Shown here: one piece after another, positions 45,733 to 57,595 of the stretch
Numbering within the stretch: the first letter of the stretch is position 1
Layout: the number at the start of each line of letters is the position of its first letter
From: Entomortierella parvispora E1425
Lineage: Eukaryota; Fungi; Mortierellomycota
Direction: 5' to 3'
NCBI GenBank assembly: GCA_020891255.1
Contig: BQFW01000006.1
Coordinates: forward strand, 496,001 to 560,000
DNA: 64,000 nucleotides
The notes under the pieces: generated by a model
Told to the model about the DNA's origin: nothing
Databases searched by the model: none
Seen by the model: only the letters and a program-made list of their open reading frames with translations
Program-made: the position numbers and the translations under genes

Positions 45733-46492
45733 CGATATTAAAGATAGTTTTGCTCTCCGATTTTCCTTGTGAGGCGCGTGTTTGTCCCATATCTCACGGT
45801 AATATTTGTTCGTCCTGTACAGCTTGTTCAGACTTGTCTTTGCTTTGTGAAAAACGACCTTGCTTTGTGGTGAGTGCCTAGCGACTGGTGCAACCAGGTA
45901 CCAAACATTTTTTTTTATTCTCACCCCTGGTTCCTGAATTTCCACAACTCCTCATGCAGAGCTCAAGCAGCTGGAGATCTCAAACATGCTGATCACACAC
46001 GCACCCCCACAGCCCAATCTTGTAAGATGTTTTGGCAGCTCTTCCCACTGAGAGGCGTGTCTCATACCGCGAAAAAGTGATGTCTTTGAAGTGAAATAGA
46101 GTATTCTGACCTTGCTTGTCCATTCACCAGAACAGCCGAGAGCCCAAACTCAGCTACCTTAAAATGAAGAGCCAAAATTACCCCCAAGAGTCTCTCGCAC
46201 AGGATCGTCGTTGTTTAAGGTACTTGAGACAATCTCAAAATATGGTTCGCGCACTCCTTTCATTGTGAATGAAATGGATCATGGATCTTAATAGCAGAGA
46301 GGTTCTTGGTACCGCCATTCCGAGGGTGGAAAAAAATGAAACAAAGTCGATGCTTTTTGCACATCTGATCCCATCACTGAACTTTGTGCTGTCCGAAGGA
46401 ATATAAAATGACAGGCCTGCCCCCATGTCAAACGTCTCACCTCAAAAGACACCATTCTTCAATCCTCCTCCACTGCCGTCTCCTTTTCCTCT

Positions 46493-47188
46493 ATGAACTC
46501 CACTACCTCATTGCTCAATCGCAGCAATAGGCCGCTGCAGATCTTCCGTGCGGCCTTGCTATTCCTTGGAACCGTAATGCTTATCCTCGATATCATGTTC
46601 ACCGCCCGCATTGAGAACGTTTTAAAGCAGATCGATGACTTCAGTTCTGCTGGTGTCCTAACGAACAGAGGAGTGTATGTTCCCTCTATCCTACCAGACT
46701 TGTTCGCCATTTTTCTGTACTCTACACTTTTGTATGTGGTCTACCGCCGAAACCGCACCACGGCTGTTGAGCCAACCTCCTCCATGGCGGAGGCGGCTCC
46801 TCCGAAAGTTTTGTGCACCAACTGGTGTGCACTTCGAACCATTTTCACGCTGTTCCTTGTTGGGTTCATGTTATTCAAGCCTTTCCAGGACATTGACAAA
46901 ATCCGATCCGAGATGGCTCGTGAAGAGTCCTTTTACATGGGCGCCAGGCCTGTGGCATCTTTTAATTCGAGGTACTTTTGCGGTCCTCGGCCGATGGACA
47001 GAGGGTCCCCGTATGAAATTGTGATAGGGCTCTGGAATGGCTGCATTTTATATAGCATTCGAAGCATCTTGGCCATTATGACCGGTTTCTTGATCCTGGC
47101 CGAGTATATTTGGTCTGTGATTGCCACCAAGAACGCAAACAAGTCCCGGGTTCCTCCAACAACTGCTGGTAATGGTGAGAAGTGCTAG
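46493..47188 (+). CDS. 4-TM membrane protein, lineage-specific family (MARVEL-like topology), copy 1
   Basis: Four hydrophobic segments. Motifs SLL.RS.R.LQ.FR, LPDLF, LR.LFTL, YFC, W.GC and GFLIL.E are shared with 57596, 58754 and 60269. Confidence 0.82.
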   Translation: MNSTTSLLNRSNRPLQIFRAALLFLGTVMLILDIMFTARIENVLKQIDDFSSAGVLTNRGVYVPSILPDLFAIFLYSTLLYVVYRRNRTTAVEPTSSMAEAAPPKVLCTNWCALRTIFTLFLVGFMLFKPFQDIDKIRSEMAREESFYMGARPVASFNSRYFCGPRPMDRGSPYEIVIGLWNGCILYSIRSILAIMTGFLILAEYIWSVIATKNANKSRVPPTTAGNGEKC

Positions 47189-48137
47189 GAGTAAGAATAT
47201 GCCAACAATACACCAATCCATAGTATCAAACTAAAAACAGGAAATTCACTGTGAACTTGCTCTTGCTTCTGCACCGTACGAAGATTTTTCTATATTCTAA
47301 TTTTCGCCGCGTGCACGTACACTCACCTTGCATTTGCGCCTCCTTCAGTCATTTCCCCTTCGATCACCTCTCCAAATCACCTCCACTTGACCCCAACCCT
47401 GTTACTAAAAGACGACCCGTCTACACTTGTACCGCATTGGAAAGACATGATTTTTTTTGCACATCAACAGATTCTTTTTTTTTTTTTGTGCTGTGTTTAT
47501 TGCCTTGAGCAATTGAGTGCCAGAAATATGCTTTTACTTTTAATTTCCTAAGTAGAACATACAGGCTATGGTAATAGGAAGCGAATGGTTCAAGTTTTGG
47601 CATGATTGAATTAGAGGAGAAAGAGCTATGAGATCTGAAAATTTGAGATGTTGGGAGAGCAATACGAAGACGTAGGCTTTTGATCTCGAGAAACCTATGG
47701 TGCTAGGATGAGCACTGTCGTTCCAATTGGTGGGTCGCGAAGGAATGGCCATAACGAAGATCGTCATACAGAGTCGAACCAAATTCATGGTTGCCGTCCT
47801 ATAGTCCCTGTGATCCAACTTAATCCGATGCACGCCTTACGGCCAAAGGGTTGGCTCCAACGGTGTCTATATTCCGTCAACTCCAGCAGCTGCTGCTTCC
47901 AGGCGAGGAATGTTTATACGCAACTGGAAGAAAAAAGTGCTGAACGCCCAGTCATTATAGTGGCGGATGCGGTAACAAAAGTACGGATTTGTATTTGTTT
48001 GGTTTATTGTTTAGTATAGACCAATGTCAAGAATATCTTGGTAGGCTTCAATGACGGTTCATTTCTCTTTGTTTCATTAGACTGAGAAGATAAAGTGGGG
48101 ATGGATCGACTTGGCTACCAACATCCTGTTTGATAAT

Positions 48138-48347
48138 CTAATTTCCGATATAACAGCACGCGTCGATATTGTGGATGCAGCACAAGGGGAACAGCTCCTT
48201 AGGGACGGGCAGGGACTCGGGGCCATCCAATTTCTGAGGAACGGCTTCGACGGTAATAACCTTGGGCTCGGCGGGAGCAGCGCTCGTCATGGAAATCAGG
48301 CCAATGGCGACAATGGCAACGTAGGTGAGGCAGGTGCGGGTAAGCAT
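48138..48347 (-). CDS. Small secreted cysteine-rich prepropeptide (69 aa) with a C-terminal CC-x5-CC motif
   Basis: MLTRTCLTYVAIVAIGLISMTSA-APAEPK...KELFPLCCIHNIDACCYIGN*. TATATA at 48417-48422 upstream; C-ending codon bias. Confidence 0.75.
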   Translation of the reverse strand: MLTRTCLTYVAIVAIGLISMTSAAPAEPKVITVEAVPQKLDGPESLPVPKELFPLCCIHNIDACCYIGN

Positions 48348-49735
48348 GTTTGGAATAGAGGTTGTGAGTGGGTTGAGAAGTTTGGTTGAGCGTTTGAGGA
48401 GCGGGGGAAGGGGGGCTATATAAGGAATTGTATCCCACCCCAGCCCTAGTTCCCTGATCCCTTCAATTATGTCTTTGACATGACACACTTGGCGCTCGAG
48501 CGCAACATCAGAGTCTAGAAATACACTCAGTAAGAATCTCCCTCTTAATCAAATGATGGTGTCAAATGATGAAGAAAAATTACCTCTCCTGATCCGTCGT
48601 GAACCGGCAAGAGCAACATTTTACCTGGCTAGCCCACCGCCCTTTGGCCTGTCTTCGTTTTTTTTTCTAAAGAGAAGGGATACCGCGTCTGGGTTGTCGT
48701 CTTTCGCATCCGATAACTCACCGTGAACGGTCGGGGTCCTTCAGCCTCATCACTGCTCATGCTGAATATGTGCTTGATCGAAGCTAACTTACTGTGATCA
48801 CAGCGTATGCAATCACGGCGTGTGCAGAAACGCAGTAGCAAATCCTCAGCCCAGGCTCACATCAACAAATAGTAAAATGGAATGGCTCAAAATTTCCTGA
48901 TTTCCCAGGGTTTTACAAAAATGCAAACTTTCGCATCCTATGTAACGCAAACTTTTCCAACGTTCATAGCGCAGTGATATGTGATTGGCCCAATCCTTTC
49001 GGGCGTGGAATCCTCGGAAAACACAGGTGAATCAGGGGCTAAAATCATATGCATGCTTGGAAAAAAAGGAGATGGGGCTTGGAACGTGCATGGCGAAGTA
49101 ATCGGGCTTAGCTTTGGGGCGTAGATTATCGATCACTGGTGCGGATCGGCCTGGGGACCGTTTGGATGCGGGCTCGGCGTGGGGACCGCTCGGATGTGGT
49201 TTGGAATGCCGTTGGGCAAAGTGTGCATGCGGTATAGACCATGCAAAGGCCTGGGTCACTTTGCAAGAAAAAACAGATCATGCAATCCAGAATTCTGAGC
49301 CGTTCGAGCGCGCTGGTCAAACACTTCGCTGTGTCTGGGCAGGCACCCGGTTCATGTTCCGATTACCATCAGACCACTAGACATCCCGAACAATGCGCGC
49401 TCCCCAGCCCCGGGTAAAGAGACGATTTGGGAGGCGGCAGTTAGCCGCGCTCAAGACGAACGCCGAGACGGCAGACTGACAACAAGTCGACTTGTTTTTT
49501 TTTTCTCAGCCCTGCTCGAGTTTATAAAGAGGCCGCAATTCCTAGCATCTTGCAACGCACATCTCCCCATCCTATCTCAAATCTCAAGACTCAAGTCCCT
49601 CCACAACCTCCATCCTCAAGAACACCAAGCCAAACTCATGTAAGGCTACAGAACCACGCTCTTACAAATACAGCGACTGGCAGCAGTTGTTCGCGAAGGT
49701 CCTGTTTAGCAAGCTAACTTTAGATCCTTTACAGA

Positions 49736-50047
49736 ATGTTGAAATCCTTCTTGGTTGCCTCCGTTTTCGCTGCCGTTGGCTCGGCCGTTAACCTGATGAA
49801 GACCTGCACTGACAGCAACTTTGGTGGCAGCTGCATCATCTGGGCCGGTGATGTCCGCGTTTGCTATAGTGTTGGCGGCTACAAGAACTCGATCTCCTCT
49901 GCGGATATCTTTGGATCGATTCGCTGCGTGCTCTACGAATCTGACAACTGTACTGGCGCTGGTCCTATCATTTCAGGCCCCGCTTACAACTTGAATGACC
50001 AGAACTACAACGACAAGACCTCCACTTTCTACTGCTACTACAACTAA
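49736..50047 (+). CDS. Secreted 103-aa protein with a beta/gamma-crystallin (Greek-key)-like domain
   Basis: Signal peptide. Two Greek-key-like motifs, TDSNFGGSC...YKNSISSA and LYESDNCTG...YNDKTSTF; 6 Cys. TATAAAG at 49523 and a 5'-UTR intron (GTAAGG...TTACAG). Confidence 0.78.
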   Translation: MLKSFLVASVFAAVGSAVNLMKTCTDSNFGGSCIIWAGDVRVCYSVGGYKNSISSADIFGSIRCVLYESDNCTGAGPIISGPAYNLNDQNYNDKTSTFYCYYN

Positions 50048-52839
50048 GCGCTGAGCACAGTGCTTCACAGCGTCGCTCCTATGAGTTCGAAGCCTTCTGC
50101 CGCAATCCTCATAGTTGTAATAAACTCTAAAAATACGCTGAGTATTTATGTTAACGTTCTGAACGTCATGGTATATGACCACGCTAAGAATTCTGATCAT
50201 CTTACTGATGTATACAATGAGGCAGTAGCCAGTAGCCCTGTCGGTCAATTGGGTGTCGTGCGCCTTCTCTTGTCCCTGTCTTGTCTGACCGTAACACATA
50301 CAGCTCAGTTGCAACTTGGGGCCTTTGTTACTCATTATAATTCATTGCTCACACAAGCGTTGCTCTGCTTCTTCTCCACGCGGTCACACTCATCTGTAAT
50401 AGACATGCACAATTGCCAAGAACCCCCACACCTTCTATCCTCTTTTTCATCCGTCGCCCTCCCCTCCATCGTATCCTTCATCGGCTCTTTCATCATCTCC
50501 ATCGACTGCATGTGCCAGACTGCATGTACATCTATCTTGTTCACACAGATCGCACGATTTTTGAAATTTGGGCTGCCGAATAACATCAGCTTTGAACTTG
50601 GTTGGTATCCGACGAGTGCCTCCTGTCCCCTTGAAGGTATCTTTACAGCAGTGACCAGCTCAGTGATATTCGAATCTCAGAAGGACCGTTGGGCCAGAGC
50701 ATCCAGACTCCGAAAGAACTGTTTTCTAGTAACACCGCTACTTTTGAAGACCTGGGACCCCGGCAGCCAGATCAAACTCGCCATGGACTTTCTCTGGGCT
50801 CTTAGCAAGATATTTTAGGGTTTGCGTTCTAATCCCATGTAAACAATTTCATGATCTGTGGGATGAGAGATTCAAGGAGGAACGTGCGAGCTCAAAAAAT
50901 TACCGTCCAATGCACTTCTACTTGGTGTTGGACGTTTAGGTGACACAGGACACGGTTTTGCTCTCAAACAGCTCGCCCAAGATCTAGATCTCGCTTTCAC
51001 TTTCTTCCGCACTCTGACTTCGATGCATCATGCATGCACAACGTTGGCACGGATGCATGATCACTGGCTCGGACCTCATTTTTGCAAAAACGTTTACAAC
51101 TGTAACTGTTGACTGTTGTGTCCGTCGTGTCAGTGGAAGGTCCACTGCAATTAGCCTTGACACCGCACGCTGAGTGATCAGTAGACAACGAGGAATATCT
51201 TCCCGCCATGTACCCCACACTCTGCTCTAGTGATCGCTTGGTCGGAGTGTTTGCAACTCTGTCGTGTATATAGCACACATGCACACTCATACATAAATAG
51301 ACATACATATCTTTTAGCTGTCTAGATCTTGCAGATCGACAAAAGAACATTGCCCAGTGATACACACTTCACAGAACGCCGCGGAGTCAGGATTCATGAT
51401 TTTGCATAGGAGGTTTTGCAATGCCTGACAGATGACCAGACTATCCGTACCCTTGCATCTTGGATAGAGATTTTCTTGCAGCCCCACAAACGCTGCGGTA
51501 TACATGCCAGGCCAAATGATTCAAAAAGTACATGGCAATGCAGAGACTGGAAGAAAAAACACCTAAAGCACGCGACTTGCTCAGTAGTTTTTTCGACGAC
51601 AGGCGGTCCATAAGACGGGTGATTTTTCTATTGTTTACTGTCACAACCAAGCTTGCACAAACTCAAATGCAGTGCTGTTGTGTCGATCCAGGGAAGGAGA
51701 TCTCTAAATCTGCTTGGTCCGCGGAGGCAATGACAGGTTCTGCGAAGATCGAGATTGCCCTGTGCGATCGTTAGACGTGTGATCTAAACATTGTGCTCGC
51801 GTTGTGTATCGAATGCTATAAACCCGCTCTACACATGCCTCAAGCAAAAATGCCATAATTAAACAGTATTTTTCATAGCCCAAACATACTACTGAAAAGA
51901 GTTCCTGATGATGGACACACTGAACTTTTATTTCTTGTTGATGGCCTGCAAGCAGCTGGTTCAAAATATTAATAAAACTCTCCCCATCTGTACTGCCCGC
52001 GGAGCGTACACCTTCTGGACATGAAGCGAATTGATCGCCCCCGAGTTCGCAGCTTCTAGGCTTGACGCAGGGTCCGCACCTTTCGGGCTCGGCGCAAGGT
52101 TCCCTTCATGCATCCTTCATGCTTGGGAGCATAGTTTTTTTTTTCTCGTGGATTCGGGTGTTTCTTTTAGCTGAGAGGCCATCGGTGCCCGATGTCGGAT
52201 CTTTTTTTTTCTTCTTTATTCTAGTTCGGAGTGGAACTCCAACGTGGCCTGGGATATTAAAGTTCATAGCGCAGGTATTTTGTGTGCTTTGTGGGTGCAG
52301 TCTCCTGTCTTGTTTTGAAAGTTAAGGTTTCCTGCGTGTTTTTTTTTTCTTTTTTTTTTTTTTGGTGTCCAGCAGCACGGTACACATTCTGGCCATGCAG
52401 CTCAATTCAACCTCGCGTCTAGATGTGCAGTCCAGATCCACAAACAGACACATACCACACACCCTAATGAATAAGCGTAGAAACATCCAGATCTCTCAAT
52501 CGCCTAGATTCAGCAAAGCAATATGCAAACCACTGATCCACCACTGCACACGAAAGAAAAAAAAAAAAGAAAAAAAACAAAAAAACCCCCCGAGACGCAA
52601 TGGGATGCCAGAACTTGGGCATTCAAGCTGCACATGTACAAGCTACGGACAGTACAGCACAAGAACTAAGCAAGGAAATGCCACTTCAAAAGTGGAGCCC
52701 GCCGAATTTCAGTATAAATAGGCCTCCCTTATCCCAATAAAAGTCTCTTCACTTCACACCGCCTCGTCCACTTCAGCCTCGCGCCTAACAACCCTCACAC
52801 CCCACAGCTCTTACAAGCCCTCACCACCAGCTTTCCAAA

Positions 52840-53571
52840 ATGGCCATTACCAAGTTTACTCTTACGGTGACAAGCACTTCGATCAAGGCTGAACAGCTGA
52901 TGATTGTTTTGAACCCCAACCTCATCGCCCAGGAGGGATCCAACTATGAGAACTACTTCCCAGTTGCGTGGAAAATCCTGAGGTTCTCAAAGAACTCGAA
53001 CCATGGCGAACATGATGTTGGGCCAGCTGCCTCAAAGCCCATCGCTGTTAATTTTGACACCAACTTGACCGTCATCCTTCAAGAGATTATCGAAAACAAC
53101 GTCGTCTCCAGCGCCGACTATCAGTTCGTCAAGAGCACTGGCCAACAGTTCGAGCTCTATAAGCAGACCAACAACCAGTTTGCTTTGCAGCCCAATGGCA
53201 AAGCTCCCCAAGGATCGGCCTGCATCGTTGACCAAGTCGGTCGAGATTTCCCTGTTGGATTAGGAGACAAGAAAGGCGACTCCTACCTGACGATGCCAAT
53301 CGCCGACACCGAGACCATTGTCTTTGAATTCGACGCCGAGTTTGCGGTCGTCCCCATTGGACCAACTGTACAAGACCAATCTAAGCTGGTTAGCGGTTCC
53401 GTCCATAAGCCTTGGTACTCGTTCAAGCTTTCCGATTTGCAATCGGAACAGATTGCATTCACATTCGATGGCTCCAATCTCAGCCTTGAGAAGGGCTTCA
53501 AGGTCCCCGTTGTTCATCACCCTTCCAATGACCCAGTTTTCCCCGGCAAAGCCTCTTACAAGGAGGAATAA
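52840..53571 (+). CDS. Intronless 243-aa hypothetical protein, predicted beta-rich, no signal peptide
   Basis: Strong TATAAATA at 52713-52720, a C-rich leader, AAAATGG start context and biased codons. Motif YFPVAWKILRF. Confidence 0.8.
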   Translation: MAITKFTLTVTSTSIKAEQLMIVLNPNLIAQEGSNYENYFPVAWKILRFSKNSNHGEHDVGPAASKPIAVNFDTNLTVILQEIIENNVVSSADYQFVKSTGQQFELYKQTNNQFALQPNGKAPQGSACIVDQVGRDFPVGLGDKKGDSYLTMPIADTETIVFEFDAEFAVVPIGPTVQDQSKLVSGSVHKPWYSFKLSDLQSEQIAFTFDGSNLSLEKGFKVPVVHHPSNDPVFPGKASYKEE

Positions 53572-56500
53572 TGGGTGAAGAGCAGGTGGATAATGATGGA
53601 AATGGCAGATAAGATGAGGCGACATTTGCAAAGTACCTAACATCCCTGGACAAACGAGGACGCCCAAAAAAAAAAAAAAAGAATGGAGCGGAAAAACATT
53701 ATCAGTGTAGCTACTTCGAAAGTGAGAATAAAGATTCGTTTTATTGAACGGCCTCCAGAATGCTGAATCTTTTGAGTTCATAGGCTGGCCCAGGCCTTTT
53801 CACTGTGCTCCCTCTATCATTGACGGAATGAAAGTGACTCTCCCACCTCTTGTCAAGCTGAGATCCCTCGCGCCCCGCTCGGTGGTCAATATAGAATCGG
53901 GTAGAGTTCCATCAGTCAGAAGAGCCGCTGCAGCCCTTTTCAGGAGCGATCCAACTAATCCTTCTCCTTCTGCTATTGTGGGATATCACTTGGTGGTGTC
54001 CAAACCCTTGTCCTCCAAATCGTAAAGAATGGCGGCGTTCAAGCGTACCGACTCTTTTTGCTGTCTCGCATAGACCAACCGAGTTGTGGTGGTAGGTTTA
54101 AATTCAAAGATTGCAACCTCATGCTTCCATTTGCCATAGAAACGAATCCTAACCGACATGTCAACACGAAAAAAGGAAGGAGGCTAATATATGGCAAAAA
54201 AATATCAAATGGGGGAACTTTGTTAACTCCAATAAGATATTCATATACAGAGACGAAAAGCTCTTTTTCGATTCCTAGGGGTATGCCTCCTGCGCGAGAC
54301 GAGCTGTCTTGGCCGTAATAGTCAGAGATCTGTAACTCTCTGTTGGCATCTTAACGTGAGAACTGCTGGGGGCAGCATTTCCGGAAATTACGTAAACGGT
54401 ATTTGCTGAACGACGTATATTCTTGGCGGAGTGTTTCGCGCCTGAAGGCGGGTTCGGATGAGATCAGCAATTTCTCATAACTGCACCGCACGTCGCGCTG
54501 GTCTTTCTGTTTTCCTTTGCCCATGCAATGAATATATCCATCGCAACTAAGCCAACGAGTCAGACAAAAACGAAGCTGTTAATGAAGCTACCTCGTCCTA
54601 ATGCCTCTTGTCTTCATCCAGTGTGGTGACATCTGAAAGACTGAAAGATAAAGAACAAGTAAGTCAACACCTTCACCACCACTGCTGCTGCACGAGAGAG
54701 CTCTCCACCCTTGAAGAAGAAAAAAAAAGTCATCCCCTCATCACCTTAATGCAAATAAACGCATAAACGTGCTGATCAGAAATCATTCCAACGCTCCAGG
54801 CGGAGAGCCCACGCGGTCTGAGCGCGCGCAACGTTTGGGCGCGAAGTCGCTTGTTTCGGAATGAGGGCACATGTGCCTGTTCCTGAGACAGACGAATGTC
54901 GCAACCTGTGAGGGAATGTTCAATCAGACGAGGCAATGCAATGCAGTCTTGCCATTCTTTCTGCATTTCAGCTTTCACTTGGCGTGGGAAAATGGCTTTT
55001 CAGCCTATGCATGTGTGCGAAATGGGGCTGACATTGACCTCCATGTCGCCATTGTTGTTGCTCATTGCCAGCAAATGCATTCTTTGGGACCAAGAGTAGT
55101 TCATAGCTCAACTGTCTGCATGTTTATTTCGTTCATCATTTCTATCTAGTGGTCTGCTCTCAGTCAACCCAGCTCTTTGATCAAAGAACCGAGGGTCGTG
55201 CAGGATGCGCCAACGAGCAGGCGGCAGACCTTTCGCATCCCAATAATGTGCGGTGGCAACCCATCATCGTGAGGAACATCGAGGACGTGTCTTATTCAGA
55301 CGATTCATCTCCTTCATGAACTTACGAGGCTCCTTCCGGAACCGTTTGATCGGTATCCTTCTCAGAGAACTGATCTCGCCGACAATCTTGCCACCTTATA
55401 CCCGAGCTTCCCCTAAGCCAAGTAGAGATCCGGCGGACGTAGCGCCTTCATGTCAATAGTGCATAGGTCATTTGTATCATCGACCAAGGAAGGAGGTTTA
55501 CGTCCTTGTTCAGGTAACTCCTCTGAAAATCGGTAGTGGTGATCGGGTCCGAAGCCTCAATAATAAAGTGAGCTGCCTTCAAGAGGAACATACTACACTG
55601 GCAACTAGTACACCGCACTCCTCTCGTCAGCTCGGCTGGGATACGAGGATGCTCGTTTCAGCGCCGCTATGTAGTGGCCGTGAAAGAACTCGCCGACAAT
55701 ACAAACTCTTCCCTCAAGACATACCTTCTGACCGCACTAATGAAGTCCTCAGACTCCCTCATGTGAAAAGGGAATCCTCAAAAAGTCCACGGTCAGCCAC
55801 ACAGAGCTGTCACCCTTCCTTTGTATTGGAGAGAAGAGAGGTGGTCCTCAAAAAAGCACAACAAAAAAGGACATGAGCTCCCTTCAACTCGCACCGGTGA
55901 ACTTCAGGTCAAAGTAGATACTCACACATCCACTTGGGCCTTGCGACTCTCAACCAGACAAAGACTTGGGTATCAACCCAAAGATCTAAACTGGCCCCGG
56001 GTAGAAAATCACTGGGCTTGGGCATCACCCCAGAGCCGTTGATTTTCCACCAGGGACTGGCCCACACTTCCCGCCACGCTCAAAGGAAGAGCTACCGACC
56101 AAAGGTTGTGACAGCGAAGGATGTTGTCCGGGGTAGGGCAGAGGGGGGAGCGTGAAGTTACCTTTGGTGCTTCTCTGAAGGCTTTCTTGCCGAGTCTTGG
56201 AGGATGGCGGTGAACGAACCCAGTATCGCGAGAACAGGGTAAGAACAGAGACAAGGATCTCTAAGACAGAACAGACAGTATGTGCAAGCAGAGAACTTAA
56301 AGTATAAGTGAAGATGCGTGGTAGGTAGTTGGGAAGTGGGAGGTGGGATGGGTGAAGAAAGAAGGAGAAGGAAGGAAAAGGAAGGAAAGAAAAAAAACGG
56401 CTTTTTATGGTGACCTTGCAACAGGGTGCAAGGGTCCAGCGCTCCTTAATTGTCAACAACGCGTGCCTGCAACGAGCTCACAACCCACACTGATGTCCAT

Positions 56501-57595
56501 GTGCTGCATGGCAGTTGCACTACCGTGGCACCATTGGAACCAGCCTTATCGATGGATGGCTGACCATGTTAGCATGCGACTCTTCCACCTTCTGGGCTAA
56601 TGCGTAGAGACGTTGAGATGGTTAGAGAGCTTTTGTGATCCACTGCACAAGGACGTCTCCATCTTTATAAGGTTCCTCGCCGGGATCCGATCTGTGCAGC
56701 CACTCACTCCCCCTAAATGGCACAGACGGGCTCTCAGTTCTCTCCTCCTTTTGGCAGTCGCCAGCATGGGTTCATGCGAGTATCTTTCATTTCGTGAGGC
56801 TACCATGAGCAACGGCATCTTTTGCCACCTTCCCCCACCTCGACACAAACAAGAGATAACTCTGCGTCTTTTCTTGACTGAGTGAGTGCAAGTACCTCCC
56901 TATTTTTGGCTGCCCTCACTCAAAACTACTCGAGAGGCTTGGCCGCAGAATAAGCTTTCTTGCTCTCCCATGAACAAAATCGAATGATCTCATGTTGATA
57001 TTTTGAGGATCTTGCTTGCTCAAGCTGAAATGAATGCAAAACGCGACATGTCATCAAGCACAACAGTTGCTGTAAGCTCTGCGACTATGGATTTCGTATA
57101 TGGGTAGAGTTGCAGCATGCACATCATTTATCTATATTTTCAGACATTTTCCTTTTTTTTTTTTTTTTTTTTTGGCCTATTAATATTTTATCGTCTCGGT
57201 TCAGTGAGGTCAGGAAATAGTTATAAGGCATTATAGCGCCAAGTATAACCTATAGCTTGTGCAAGAGTGGAGGGCAGAGAATGAACACGCCTGTCGACTT
57301 TAGACGGAGGGATGGGATGGGCTCCTAATCACATTCACCTGTTTTGGCGCACAGTTCTCTCAGGGCGCGAAACTGAGGGCGAGAGTAAGACTCGAAGTTC
57401 AGCAATGGCCCAAGCCACTATGGATTACGCGGTAAAGAGCTTTACACTCCGCTGGCTCATTTGCCATCGTCGACTTTCAAAATACACCACTATATAATTT
57501 CAAAAAAAACTCGAGAAATGTAGTAACGTTGTCCTTTCTGAGGTTCCCTGATTTCTCCCTCCTTACACACAAAAATTTCCCCTTTCTATTCTCAA

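Noticed and set aside
50060-50818. 252-aa plus-strand ORF (GTG start)
   Set aside because: It overlaps the 3' UTR of the crystallin-like gene and has no ATG context or motif. It may be the antisense of a decayed fragment.
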